IMG/VR virus record: IMGVR_UViG_3300045988_051605
Span: 1 to 46,631 of that record
Reading direction: 5' to 3' (one strand)
Source of the DNA: a virus
DNA length: 46,631 nucleotides
Below, piece after piece: positions 1 to 9,957 of this stretch. Position 1 is the first letter of the stretch; every line of letters starts with the position of its first letter. Under the pieces are notes generated by a model. It had not been told where the DNA came from. It made no database searches and worked only from the letters and a program-made list of their open reading frames with translations. The translations under genes were made by a program, and so were the position numbers.

Positions 1-55
1 GCCCAACGCCCTGTCGCAGCCCTCGGCAAAGCCATCGAAACAGCAGAAGGAGACC
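1..55. repeat. Exact 55-nt duplicate of the window end (1..55 = 46577..46631); circular-contig overlap or short terminal redundancy
   Basis: gcccaacgccctgtcgcagccctcggcaaagccatcgaaacagcagaaggagacc is read at both ends. The frame of the CDS starting at 46142 is preserved across the junction (46142..46576 = 435 nt = 145 codons). Confidence 0.95.
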
Positions 56-309
56 TCACACCCAGCGCCTTCGGCAAGATTCTGTCGAAGACCATCAAGA
101 CCATGGGACCCAACAAGTTCTGTCGTTGGCTCCTCGACGACAACTTCGCATTCCGCAACGGGCAGGGCAAGATCATCCCCATGCAGGATGCAGTCAACCG
201 AGGAATCCTCATCCTCACCGAACGCATCGACCCTGCGGGTAAGATCAGGCCACAACTCCTCGTCACACCAGCAGGCCAGACCTACTTCGCTAACATCCTG
301 GGCAAGTAG
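1..309 (+). CDS. ant: Antirepressor, C-terminal KilAC-like part; continuation of the CDS that starts at 46142 (whole protein about 247 aa)
   Basis: Frame 1 is open from base 1 to TAG at 307..309. Translation AQRPVAALGKAIETAEGDLTPSAFGKILSKTIKTMGPNKFCRWLLDDNFAFRNGQGKIIPMQDAVNRGIL resembles phage Ant/KilAC C-terminal domains. Confidence 0.8.
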   Translation, partial: AQRPVAALGKAIETAEGDLTPSAFGKILSKTIKTMGPNKFCRWLLDDNFAFRNGQGKIIPMQDAVNRGILILTERIDPAGKIRPQLLVTPAGQTYFANILGK

Positions 310-314
310 ACATG

Positions 315-350
315 AGAAGAGACGACACCAAAGCAGGTGTCGTCTCTTCT
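315..350. terminator. Bidirectional stem-loop terminator between the convergent ant and tail genes
   Basis: 15-bp perfect stem agaagagacgacacc / ggtgtcgtctcttct with loop aaagca. A T-rich tract follows on the plus strand. Confidence 0.75.
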
Positions 351-356
351 TTACTG

Positions 357-2168
357 CTAGGCAGACTGAGCCTCGTGATGCTCAAAACCCCTGAGCGACA
401 GCTGCCCCAACGTAATCCCCGGAGGCGTTGGCAAGTCAGCCACTCGAGGCATGTCGAACAGATTAGCCAAGTCCCACACCGACGTATATGGCTCAGCCGA
501 CAGGTTCACACCCGACTCACCATACTCGACACTGCTGATCTGCCACGTGTACCTGTCGAACAACGCGCAAGTCCCAGCCATACGACCAAACACCTGAGGC
601 TTATCAGTCACAGGCTTATTCGCGGTAAACGCCAGGAGATCATCCATAATCTTCTTCATCGTCGTGCCCTCAGGCCACTTCTCAGTAGCTTTCTCGGGCA
701 ACGGGCTGTCGGTAAAAGCAGTCACATCAGCTGCAGTCACAGGCTCACGCTCGAAGTCATACGTGACATCCGTGTATGCCTCATTCAACGGTGTCATACC
801 AGACCACTCAAGACTCGTCTTCGTCCCCAAAGCAGACTGAGCAGCATACACGCACGCGGCATACGCCTTATCCACCGTGTCGATGTACGGGCTGCTGATC
901 TTCAACGGATCAGTCTTACGAGGATAACCCGTATAGAATGTCACAGTCTTCTCAACATAGGGATAACCCTCGCCACAAATACGCAAGAAAGAGTAATCGT
1001 TCTGTCCATCAGACTCAGCCAACCGATACGGCGCAAGACGCTTATTCAACATGCCCGTCACAGTCACCTTAATCTGATTCGGCTCATCCCCCACTTCAAC
1101 GAACACGCTGCCGCCCTCAGCGTTCCACTGCGCGGGGACAATCGGCTTATTATCCTTGCCGACAACAACGTAATAACTCTTACCGAACTCTTTCGGACCG
1201 GGAACAACGCCCGACTTCCCAAACCAGACCGAGCGTGCGCCACTAGGATAGTCGTACGGCATCACGCAAACGGGCTGCGACGTAATACTCTTCACATGAA
1301 CAGGAACCTCGAGAACAAACTCCTTCGTCTCACCAGCATCGACAGAAAGCACCTCAAGATCCTTCAAAGCCTCCAGATAAGGTTTATTCGGATCATAATT
1401 CGGGTACAGCACAATGGTAGGTGCCGGCATATTCTTTGAATAGGGGTTAAAAACAGGCTTGTCATCAACCCAATAAGCCGCCTCGGAATTACCACCACTA
1501 AACAGATCATAAAGAGTAGACTCACGATACGTGCATTCAATGCTCGACACGGGCTCAGACTGCTCGTACGAAATCTTGTAGTCAGACGTGTAGCCCTGAA
1601 GGCGAGTAAGGATCGTATGGTTCTTAAACACTACAACCGTGTCGTACACCCACGTGATCTGGAGGTCATTAGCCGACAGCCACGACTTCAATATAGACCA
1701 CAAGTTCCCCTTACCGCCGGGAAAATCATAGATATGATCAAAGATGGCACCAGCAATAGTGAAGAAACCCCCGGCGACAGAATTAGACTGGAAATTCTGC
1801 ACATAGATCTTCGGCACATCAACGACACCAGCAGCCTTAAAGAACCGCGTAATGATGGTCTTTAGCTCCGTATAGACCATAGGCTCAATCGTCGCCTCAA
1901 TATCCAGCAGATAAAAAGGATCATTCAACGTCACAGACCACGACCACGGCCCTGTCGTTAAAGCGCGTGCGACAGCATGAGTACGCCCAAAACGCAAGTC
2001 ACTCAGCACCACATCCTTGTTCACAACAAGAGCCGGCTCAATGCCTCCAGCACCCTCCAACGAGTACTCAGAGAACCCGCCAGACGACTGATCTCGATCT
2101 AGTGACACACCATCCTCCTGCACAGACCAGTTCGTAAGCTGGCCAGCAGGAATCCCAAAGACACGCAT
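357..2168 (-). CDS. Tail-associated protein (Tal-like minor tail/baseplate hub), 603 aa
   Basis: ORF track 357..2183. The ATG at 2168 overlaps the upstream TGA (TGATG). Position directly after TMP and Dit; size typical of siphovirus Tal. Confidence 0.6.
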   Translation of the reverse strand: MRVFGIPAGQLTNWSVQEDGVSLDRDQSSGGFSEYSLEGAGGIEPALVVNKDVVLSDLRFGRTHAVARALTTGPWSWSVTLNDPFYLLDIEATIEPMVYTELKTIITRFFKAAGVVDVPKIYVQNFQSNSVAGGFFTIAGAIFDHIYDFPGGKGNLWSILKSWLSANDLQITWVYDTVVVFKNHTILTRLQGYTSDYKISYEQSEPVSSIECTYRESTLYDLFSGGNSEAAYWVDDKPVFNPYSKNMPAPTIVLYPNYDPNKPYLEALKDLEVLSVDAGETKEFVLEVPVHVKSITSQPVCVMPYDYPSGARSVWFGKSGVVPGPKEFGKSYYVVVGKDNKPIVPAQWNAEGGSVFVEVGDEPNQIKVTVTGMLNKRLAPYRLAESDGQNDYSFLRICGEGYPYVEKTVTFYTGYPRKTDPLKISSPYIDTVDKAYAACVYAAQSALGTKTSLEWSGMTPLNEAYTDVTYDFEREPVTAADVTAFTDSPLPEKATEKWPEGTTMKKIMDDLLAFTANKPVTDKPQVFGRMAGTCALFDRYTWQISSVEYGESGVNLSAEPYTSVWDLANLFDMPRVADLPTPPGITLGQLSLRGFEHHEAQSA

Positions 2169-3109
2169 CACCATGAGTAGCACTCCTCCAAGGAAACCGA
2201 AGCAGAAAAATGACCACGAGCATTATTAACCGTAACGACACGGGCAGACCCAGGAACAACCTTCATATTCCCGCCACCGGCCGGATACGAGAACTCATAC
2301 TCGGACACACCAGCAGCAACCTGATCAGGATCATACGGCGTCACACGAAGACCACACCACGACAACTGGCCATCCTGGCCAGGGCGCATCGTAATCTCCC
2401 ACAAGCCCTCACTCATACTGAAAACCTGATTCTTCAACTTCGTAATAACAGTACCAGGCGTCCCACCATCGACACGCTGCAACACCCACTTAAATGGCTG
2501 CTTACCATCCTCATAGCCCGACGCAAAAAACGTCCCATAATAACCCTCAGGAACAACAACACGCTCCGTATACGCGCCAACCTTGCTCAACGCCAAAGAC
2601 GCCTGACGACCATTCAGCTTATTGAACACATGATCAAACTGATTATTAACAGCAAAAGGATCAGGCTTATACACAACAGTAGGATGCTGAGACTTCTCAT
2701 CAATACCATCCGACACAAACAAAGCCTGCTTCCCCCAATCGTTATACGCGAAAGGAGTACCAGCATGAACATGCAAATAAGGCAAACCCATCAAAGGCGA
2801 CAACATGTTATTGAACGAGAACGGGTCAGCATACGACACCCACTCATCCCCACGATTCAAAAACAAACGACGAAACAACTCAGCCTGATCACGATTCAAA
2901 TACGACCAATTCAACTCATACTTCCGATGACCATACACAGAACCATTAATCGACGCAAAACCATTCAGCAACGTCGTCGAATCACTACCGAACTGCACAC
3001 TATCTGCTGTCGGGGACTCATCCGGAGCCGGAAACCACGACATAAACTTCCCAACCGCGAAATAAACCTCACGAGTCGAACAACCCCTAGTAAACACCAC
3101 GGTTACCAC
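2168..3109 (-). CDS. Distal tail protein (Dit-like); start uncertain (GTG 3109/3100 or ATG 3043)
   Basis: ORF track; lies immediately downstream of the tape measure gene. GAGGA box lies just upstream of the GTG cluster. Confidence 0.5.
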   Translation of the reverse strand: MVTVVFTRGCSTREVYFAVGKFMSWFPAPDESPTADSVQFGSDSTTLLNGFASINGSVYGHRKYELNWSYLNRDQAELFRRLFLNRGDEWVSYADPFSFNNMLSPLMGLPYLHVHAGTPFAYNDWGKQALFVSDGIDEKSQHPTVVYKPDPFAVNNQFDHVFNKLNGRQASLALSKVGAYTERVVVPEGYYGTFFASGYEDGKQPFKWVLQRVDGGTPGTVITKLKNQVFSMSEGLWEITMRPGQDGQLSWCGLRVTPYDPDQVAAGVSEYEFSYPAGGGNMKVVPGSARVVTVNNARGHFSASVSLEECYSW

Positions 3110-6100
3110 TCCTCACATTATTGCTATCCACATTCTTACTAATCGCACGGCCATTCAACATGACTGTCGTCGAAACAGCCCGGACAAGCTCATTAAACTG
3201 TGCTGGATTAATTGTAACAAGCCCATCACCAGCGCCCGCGGAATAACCACCACCAGACATTACCGGCACCTGCATTGTGTTAAGAGCATTCATGAAGCCC
3301 TTACCGTAGAAATCGACAGCCGGCTGACTAATCACGTACTCACCACTACGCACACTAAACAGCCCGTTGCCATTCGTAGCCAGCAGATTGTCGACATTCG
3401 GATTAGCAGGAGGCCGACCCGGCACCAAACCACCAGAAGCAAAACCCCTAGACGGAATCAGACCACCATCAAAGAACTGATAACCATCAGCCCAAGGACC
3501 CGCCTTACCCCAATGACGCTTACCAGTCAAAACCTGACTCAAATCAGGAACAACCCGCATCCGAACAGTAATCGTAGACTGCGACGGCTGCACCGGAACA
3601 GTCACAGGATCAGCATGAATCCCATCAATAGCACCCTGTGTCGCACCGACAGTCCCATTATCCGTCACATTCTCACGAACATCACGAGGAACCTGACCAA
3701 TAGTCCCAGTCAAGCTATCAAACGCACCAGCAAGCTCCGTAACCTCGCCCTGGTTGTAGCCCAGCTGAGTCACCTGAGAAATAAACTGCTGCTTCAAGGA
3801 CTGCGTATACGCCTCGATCTCCTGTGTCGAATGGCCGGCAGCAGCATAAGCCTCAATCAGACCAATCATCTGAGACTGCAACGACCGCAAAGCCTCACGG
3901 TTAGCAATAGCTGCTTCCGTGTACCCCTTCAACGCAAACTGGCCAGCCTGAAGAACCGAAATCTCCTGGCTGTTCTCGCCAATCTTCGTCTGAGACTCAT
4001 TGATCTTCTGCTTCGCCTCATCGATATCAGTCTGAGTAGACTGCATACGCTCCTCGTCGCCGTACTTCACAGCGACAGCATGGAAGAACTCAGCATCATG
4101 CAACTCCTGCTGAGCCTTACGCATATCCGACGCAAGCTTCTCATTCTCCTTACGAAGATTCTTGATCTTGCTCGTCGTATTCTCGACATCCTTGCGCAAA
4201 GAGTTGAGGCCCTTATGGTAATTATCCTGAGCCGTCGTCGAACGCCACCACGACTGCAGCGCCTTGTCGAGCGCTGACTTCAACCTCGACAGGAAGTCCT
4301 CAAAGATCTCGGCAGCAGTCTTCGTCTCCTTACGAGCACGCGACGACGGTGAATGGCCGCCACCACCACCACCAGAACGAGGCGCGCGTTCGCGCCCACC
4401 GCCGCCACCAGACGAACGCTGAGGCTTTGCACGGAAATTCGCGCCACTAAACGCCGACTTCCCATTGTTACGCAAAGCAAACGTAGGCGTACGAATCTTC
4501 GACTTCTGGCCAAGAGTAAACGACCCCTTGCCCGTCTTCGACTTCGCGCCACCGATCTGCGACATGTAGCCCTGAATCGACTGCCAAATAGCCTGAACCT
4601 TGCCCAAGAACCCCTGAGCCTGGCCCACCGCGTTCGCCGCATTACCAACCATCTCATTCAACGACGCATCTGTCGCAGAATGATCCACCTCACCCGACTG
4701 ATACGGCTGGGCAATAATCGCCGCCATCGTGTCACGCTGAGCCTCAAACGCGCTCATGTCGAAGCCCTGGGCCGACAGGTAGTCAATCGTGTCCTGAATC
4801 GACTGCTGAGCGTACTGGTACGCCTCCTCACCAGTCAAACCCATCTCCTCGATACCAGCCGCAGCAGCATTACCCATCGCCTGGAAATAGTCCTCAATAG
4901 CAGCAATGTTCGCCTGACCCTCAGCAGAATTTGGGTCCATCGACGTACCATTGGTCTGCATCGACTCATACACCTGCTGCAACGCACTATCAAGCGCAGC
5001 CGCAGCATCCGTCGATGAAAACATTTCATCAAGGACAGAACGAAGAACCTCACCAAGGTCCTTGAACTCGTTCTTGGCGTCACCGATCTTGAACGACGCC
5101 TCCTCTGAGCTGTCGCCCGCCTCAGTCATCTCCTGACCAAACAGCTGGGCATCATTCAGGGCATCGCGCATTGCGCCGCCGACACCCTCAGTCTGGCTCT
5201 TCACCTCGTTCAAGGCACTGATCTGCCCCTCAAACTGCGAAGCAATATCCGCACGCTTAGTCGCGTAGGAGGGAGACTCAGGATCGAGCTTAGAGATCAT
5301 CTCATTCTTGCGTGTCTCAAGCTGAGCGATGTAGCCATCCACGTATGCGTCAGCAGCGGCTTTACCGCCACCCTCAGACTCCGACGTCGTCGCCAACTTA
5401 ATGTACTGCGCGTAAGAGAAGCCCATGTCAACAAGCGCCTGCTTGACATCCTTCGACATGTTCTTAAACGAATCAGAACCCTGAATAGCGTCAGAAATCA
5501 GCGCCTGCGTGTGCTCACCGATCTTCAGCGTCGAATAGCCGAACGCTTCAGCCTGAGCCTGTGTCGTCTGAACAACCTGTCCGGACTTATCCACGTAGTA
5601 ACCCAACGCCTCACCATTCGACGTGAGAGTCTGGCCGTTCTGCTGGATCGTCGCATTCAACTCAGCGAAAGAAGTCTGAGCACCAGAGCCAACTTCCTTC
5701 GTATCCTCAGCCAAAGCCTTCAGAATAGCCGACGAGCCACCGACAGCGGCCTTCAGATTCTCAGCCTTCTCCGACGCCCCCGTAAATGAGTCACCAAGGT
5801 ACGTCGCAGCAACCGAAGCAGCAGTAATCGCGCCCGTAATAGCCAGACCCCACGGCCCGCCAAACATAGCCATCAAGCCAGAGCCAACAGCAGACAGCTT
5901 CGACAAAGCACCGACAGCCTGGCCAGCGCCAGCAGCCACCTGAGCGCCCGTCGTTACAGCAGACGCCGCAGCCTGAGCTTCCTTCGCAGCAGCTGCCTTA
6001 CCCGCGGCCATAGCGACAGCCGAGTCCGACGCCGCAAGACGCTGATTTGCGGCAGCAGCAGCATTCGCCGTACCCACATTAGAAGCAAGCGACCCATCAT

Positions 6101-8264
6101 ACGCAATGACACCAGCCTGAGCCTGCTTCACGGCCTGCCATACCACACCCCACGACAAGGTCTGCTGACCCGTTGCCTGCATCACGCGGGACCCCATCTG
6201 CATGTACGTCGCGGACATCGACACCAGCGCAGCCTTCGTCGCCACCATACCCACGCGGGCAATGCCCACGGCAGTCAAAGCACCAACGAACGCCTGAATA
6301 GGTGCAGGAAGCTTTGCGAAAGCATTCACGGCCATCGTCGCCACCGTGACAACAGTCTTCATCGGCACCATGAAGCTAGAGTTCATGGCCGCGCCAGCAT
6401 TCTGCAGGGCGTTCTGGAACTGCTGCAACTTCGCCGACATGGTGTCGGTGATAATCGACATCGAGTCATCAATGAACGACGTATTTTTCGACGCTCGCTC
6501 AGCCTCCTCCAACTGCTCGACATAGAGGCCAACACTGTTCGACATACGCGACAGCAGCTCCACGTCACGCACGTTCTTAAAGCCCAAATCCTTAATAGCC
6601 TGAGCCTTCTGCACCTTGTCGCCGATGCCCGCAAGGTTCTGCAAAATGCCCTGGAACACCTTATTCGGATCATCACGCCACAGCTTCTGGAACTCGGCAT
6701 CCGTCACGCCGACAGCGCGGGCGTACGTGTGCATAGCGTCGCCGCCCTCAGCAGCAGCCGCATTGATCGAGTTGAAGATACGCTGCAATGAACCACGCGC
6801 CCACTCCTTCGGAATAGCGAGCGACGACAACGTAGACGACAGGGCGAGAATCTGGTTCTGAGTAAAGCCCGCACTCTTACCCTGGGCAGCGATACTCACC
6901 ATCATGTTGGCAATCTCAGGCTCCGTCGCAACAGACTTCGCACCCAGATCAGCAACCTGATTCGCAAGAATCTTATACCCATCACCCGCGCCCTTGGAGG
7001 ACTCCTGCAAGCCGCCCATCATCTGGCCAAAGCGGCCAAACGCTGTCGTCGCAGCCTCAACATCCATCTCCGTCACCGTCGAAAACTCAGCAACAGCAGT
7101 CGTGAAGTCCCTCAGGTCCTTCGTAGGAATGTTCATCTGCGCGCCGAGCGTGCCGATCTTCGCAAGGTCAGCAAATGGTGTCACAACCTTCTGCGTAGAC
7201 AGGTCCGTGTATGCCTTACGCAACTCATTCAAATCATTAGTCGTACCCTGGGCCGTGCGCTTCACGTCAGCAAATGCACGCTCCTGAGCAATACCAGCCT
7301 GCACAGCAGCCGACACCAGCGTGCCAAGGCCAGCAGTAATAGCCCCGTAATACACCGCCGTGTCGCGAGCAGCATAACGAACGTTCTCAATAGCCTGCTC
7401 ATTCGCACGCAACTGAGCCTTCGCCGCGGATGCATTAATGCGCATTGCCTGGCGCTCGCCAGAACCCTGCTCCTTGATCACAGCACGCTGCGTACGGCCA
7501 GCCTCAGCCTCACGAGCAGCAGCAATACGCGCAGACGCAGCGACAGCCGCAGCCTCACGCTTCGCCTCAGCGCTCGCCGTCACACCAGCAAGCTTCAGCT
7601 CGGCCTGCTGCAACTGTGTCGCGGCCTGGATCTCGGCAAGACGAGCAGCCTCGGCGCCTTTTGCTTTCACTAGGTTCCGCTCGTCCCGGCCCTTCTGTCG
7701 CTGCAACGGGATAACGTTGTCCTCACGCTTCACACTCGCCTGAGCACGAAGCTTCTCAGCCTGAGCCTCGGTCTTACGAGCCTGCGACTGGTTCAACGCG
7801 GCCTGCGCACGCTTCGCCTTATCCTCAGCAGTAGCCATAGCATTAGTCGCCGATGCGACATCACGCATAGCAGCAGCAGTATCCTTCAGCTTTTGAATGT
7901 GATCATTCGTCAGCTTGTTACTGGCCTGCATTTCACGCACGAAACGACGGTACGCCGATACAGTCCGATCAACGCCCGCCGCCAAGTCAACCTTCGACAT
8001 GCCATCACTGGCACGCGACACAGACGACAGACCATCAGCAACAGACTTCAACGCTGTCGCCGTCTCCTTCATGTTCTTAACCTTGCTGCTATTCAGCTGC
8101 AACGAATCAAGAACAGAACCGCCACGACCAGACGGGGCCTTCAATGCAGCAACAGCAGACTGCAAAGAGGCGATCTGCTTTTCCAAAGCACTAATATCCC
8201 GCGCAGCCTTTTCAGCCCCCGCAGAATTGACATCAATGTCAATCTTGATCGACTCGTCACTCAT
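3087..8264 (-). CDS. Tail tape measure protein, 1725 aa
   Basis: Longest ORF. Ala/Gln/Lys-rich coiled-coil stretches, central hydrophobic Gly/Ala segments, and position after the chaperone pair. ATG at 8264. Confidence 0.9.
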   Translation of the reverse strand: MSDESIKIDIDVNSAGAEKAARDISALEKQIASLQSAVAALKAPSGRGGSVLDSLQLNSSKVKNMKETATALKSVADGLSSVSRASDGMSKVDLAAGVDRTVSAYRRFVREMQASNKLTNDHIQKLKDTAAAMRDVASATNAMATAEDKAKRAQAALNQSQARKTEAQAEKLRAQASVKREDNVIPLQRQKGRDERNLVKAKGAEAARLAEIQAATQLQQAELKLAGVTASAEAKREAAAVAASARIAAAREAEAGRTQRAVIKEQGSGERQAMRINASAAKAQLRANEQAIENVRYAARDTAVYYGAITAGLGTLVSAAVQAGIAQERAFADVKRTAQGTTNDLNELRKAYTDLSTQKVVTPFADLAKIGTLGAQMNIPTKDLRDFTTAVAEFSTVTEMDVEAATTAFGRFGQMMGGLQESSKGAGDGYKILANQVADLGAKSVATEPEIANMMVSIAAQGKSAGFTQNQILALSSTLSSLAIPKEWARGSLQRIFNSINAAAAEGGDAMHTYARAVGVTDAEFQKLWRDDPNKVFQGILQNLAGIGDKVQKAQAIKDLGFKNVRDVELLSRMSNSVGLYVEQLEEAERASKNTSFIDDSMSIITDTMSAKLQQFQNALQNAGAAMNSSFMVPMKTVVTVATMAVNAFAKLPAPIQAFVGALTAVGIARVGMVATKAALVSMSATYMQMGSRVMQATGQQTLSWGVVWQAVKQAQAGVIAYDGSLASNVGTANAAAAANQRLAASDSAVAMAAGKAAAAKEAQAAASAVTTGAQVAAGAGQAVGALSKLSAVGSGLMAMFGGPWGLAITGAITAASVAATYLGDSFTGASEKAENLKAAVGGSSAILKALAEDTKEVGSGAQTSFAELNATIQQNGQTLTSNGEALGYYVDKSGQVVQTTQAQAEAFGYSTLKIGEHTQALISDAIQGSDSFKNMSKDVKQALVDMGFSYAQYIKLATTSESEGGGKAAADAYVDGYIAQLETRKNEMISKLDPESPSYATKRADIASQFEGQISALNEVKSQTEGVGGAMRDALNDAQLFGQEMTEAGDSSEEASFKIGDAKNEFKDLGEVLRSVLDEMFSSTDAAAALDSALQQVYESMQTNGTSMDPNSAEGQANIAAIEDYFQAMGNAAAAGIEEMGLTGEEAYQYAQQSIQDTIDYLSAQGFDMSAFEAQRDTMAAIIAQPYQSGEVDHSATDASLNEMVGNAANAVGQAQGFLGKVQAIWQSIQGYMSQIGGAKSKTGKGSFTLGQKSKIRTPTFALRNNGKSAFSGANFRAKPQRSSGGGGGRERAPRSGGGGGGHSPSSRARKETKTAAEIFEDFLSRLKSALDKALQSWWRSTTAQDNYHKGLNSLRKDVENTTSKIKNLRKENEKLASDMRKAQQELHDAEFFHAVAVKYGDEERMQSTQTDIDEAKQKINESQTKIGENSQEISVLQAGQFALKGYTEAAIANREALRSLQSQMIGLIEAYAAAGHSTQEIEAYTQSLKQQFISQVTQLGYNQGEVTELAGAFDSLTGTIGQVPRDVRENVTDNGTVGATQGAIDGIHADPVTVPVQPSQSTITVRMRVVPDLSQVLTGKRHWGKAGPWADGYQFFDGGLIPSRGFASGGLVPGRPPANPNVDNLLATNGNGLFSVRSGEYVISQPAVDFYGKGFMNALNTMQVPVMSGGGYSAGAGDGLVTINPAQFNELVRAVSTTVMLNGRAISKNVDSNNVRSGNRGVY

Positions 8265-8281
8265 GTCTTAATCCTCTGCAT

Positions 8282-8325
8282 AGAATTGTCCCTGGTACCA
8301 CTTCAATGATACCAGGGACAATTCT
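8282..8325. other. 16-bp perfect stem-loop between the chaperone and tape measure genes
   Basis: agaattgtccctggta / taccagggacaattct with a 12-nt loop. It overlaps the stop codon of the shifted-frame chaperone ORF. Confidence 0.6.
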
Positions 8326-8978
8326 CACTTAACGAACTCCAATGCCTCCAAAGGAGAAGGCATTGGTTCCTTTGAGCCATCAGAATACTCGACAGTGTCC
8401 ATCACTGTGTAGGTGCTTTCACCAGGCCTTGAATCCCGCTGCTTCTCCCGATAGGTCTCAAGCTCAGCACATGAATAGCACGTCGAATGCTCAACATGAA
8501 ATTCAATGGATGAATGTTCACTGCGACCATACCACAAAGGAGTTCCGCATTTGTTACACAGGCTGTCGAGGTAATACTGATAGCCAGCACACAAAGCCAG
8601 ATCAAGTGGAGTGTATTCAGTTTGAGGGATCGACTCATAATCCTTGTCGTCGCCAAACCATACAGGCAGGGTGCGAGCAAACATGCCGTGAGCCCCAATG
8701 AACAGTGTCGGGGGCTTACCCTCAGCCCTCGCTGTTTTCAGCAGGAGCACCGCCCACTGGTTCTCCTGCTTCGACAGCTCCGTCCCCACGAAACGTAGGA
8801 TCGGAGATCGCCTCCGACACCATGACACCCAGCGTCTGAGCGTCATTCCACGTGGCGCAAATCTGCTGCCACAAGAACTCAGGAAGCGCGCCGCGAAGCT
8901 CAGCAGCCTCTTCGTCCGACAGACCTTTCTGAGACTCACCAGTCGAGTTGTCAATGACTTCGACACAAGCGTGAGCAA
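8325..8978 (-). CDS. Tail assembly chaperone, shifted-frame extension (gpT-like part); alternatively a separate 119-aa gene from ATG 8684
   Basis: This ORF overlaps the 3' end of the 8722..9348 ORF in a different frame, the classic G/GT arrangement upstream of a TMP. Its C-terminal part has CNKC...CYSC. Confidence 0.5.
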   Translation of the reverse strand: MLTLVSKSLTTRLVSLRKVCRTKRLLSFAARFLSSCGSRFAPRGMTLRRWVSWCRRRSPILRFVGTELSKQENQWAVLLLKTARAEGKPPTLFIGAHGMFARTLPVWFGDDKDYESIPQTEYTPLDLALCAGYQYYLDSLCNKCGTPLWYGRSEHSSIEFHVEHSTCYSCAELETYREKQRDSRPGESTYTVMDTVEYSDGSKEPMPSPLEALEFVK

Positions 8979-9348
8979 TGATGTACTCCATCAGTCGATC
9001 CTCGCGCTCGACATCAATAACTGCCTTCTCATCAGCATTCTTGTTCTTCGTTGAAAAGACAGGATCAGTCCACACACGGCGCTTGAGGACCTGTAGCTCC
9101 TTGTTCGACAACGCACGAAGACGAAGGGTGATCGTCTGCTTATGCAGCTCCTCAATCTTCTCGGCCAATTCGACACCAGGCGTGGTGTCAGTAATCGACC
9201 GAGAATAAGGCGCTTCTTGCAGTTGTGCAGTCTTTGCAATCTCCGTCAGCTCCACTAGCTTTTCAGCATCCTCAGTGTTCAGGGGTACGTCGATGGCCTT
9301 CACAGTGGGCTTGATCGACGAGATGATCTTAGACAGTTCAAAAGGCAT
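8722..9348 (-). CDS. Tail assembly chaperone (gpG-like), 208 aa
   Basis: ORF track; acidic protein between the major tail protein and TMP, with an overlapping downstream frame. Confidence 0.65.
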   Translation of the reverse strand: MPFELSKIISSIKPTVKAIDVPLNTEDAEKLVELTEIAKTAQLQEAPYSRSITDTTPGVELAEKIEELHKQTITLRLRALSNKELQVLKRRVWTDPVFSTKNKNADEKAVIDVEREDRLMEYIIAHACVEVIDNSTGESQKGLSDEEAAELRGALPEFLWQQICATWNDAQTLGVMVSEAISDPTFRGDGAVEAGEPVGGAPAENSEG

Positions 9349-9409
9349 GATGTCTACTCCAATCAGATATGAGAATACCCCCGCACCTCGGAGGTACAGG
9401 GGTATTCTA

Positions 9410-9955
9410 TCAGGCCGCGATGGCCTTATTCAGTTCCATGTAGCCCTGAGGCAGGAATGGCACAGTGAACTGGATCGGCTTGTCGCCGTCTCCGAGTTCG
9501 TCCTTCGGGTTGTCTGCGACAACCTTGAACACGCTGATCTCCATGCCAGCCTCGACAGGAGTGCCCTGCCTGAAGCCGATACGCTGAACAAGGTAGCCCT
9601 CGTTCAGGCCATCCAAGACGCCCCGCTTGAAAAGCTGGAACGCCTTGTCATAGACGCTCGTATTACCCGCTGCCTTCTGACCAGACGCAATCGCCTCACG
9701 GAAGAACGTGAGAGAAGCTTCGTAGTTCGACACCGTGGGGGTCTTCGCGTTTCCGGAGTCGCAGATCGAACGCGAATCATCCGTATCCGAGTCGGTTGCG
9801 CCCAACGTCATGCCAGCCGCAATAGCACACGAAATGTCCACGGCCTTAGCCGAGGCACCCGCGTAAGTGGCAACCTTAAAAAGGTCATCCTTGTTGGTAA
9901 TACTGTCAGCCGAAACCCACCAAATAGTGGTATTCGGAGAAAGCATCTTGGCCAT
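9410..9955 (-). CDS. Major tail protein, 181 aa
   Basis: ORF track; RBS aggaggactgatt then ATG. Size and position (after connectors, before chaperones) fit a major tail protein. Confidence 0.7.
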   Translation of the reverse strand: MAKMLSPNTTIWWVSADSITNKDDLFKVATYAGASAKAVDISCAIAAGMTLGATDSDTDDSRSICDSGNAKTPTVSNYEASLTFFREAIASGQKAAGNTSVYDKAFQLFKRGVLDGLNEGYLVQRIGFRQGTPVEAGMEISVFKVVADNPKDELGDGDKPIQFTVPFLPQGYMELNKAIAA

Positions 9956-9957
9956 AA

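Noticed and set aside
312-1439. 375-aa plus-strand ORF
   Set aside because: It lies entirely antisense to the tail protein gene (357..2168). The product is Arg/Leu/His/Ile-rich and low-complexity, typical of the mirror frame of a GC-biased gene. It has no RBS and would run head-on into the terminator at 315..350.
2210-3142. 310-aa plus-strand ORF
   Set aside because: It is antisense to the Dit-like gene, with an Arg/Ile/Thr-rich nonsense-like composition and no RBS.
3513-8309. Numerous 60-250-aa ORFs on both strands inside the tape measure gene
   Set aside because: All are nested in or antisense to the 1725-aa TMP ORF. They have Arg/Ser/Leu-rich low-complexity translations and are frame artefacts of a long GC-rich gene.
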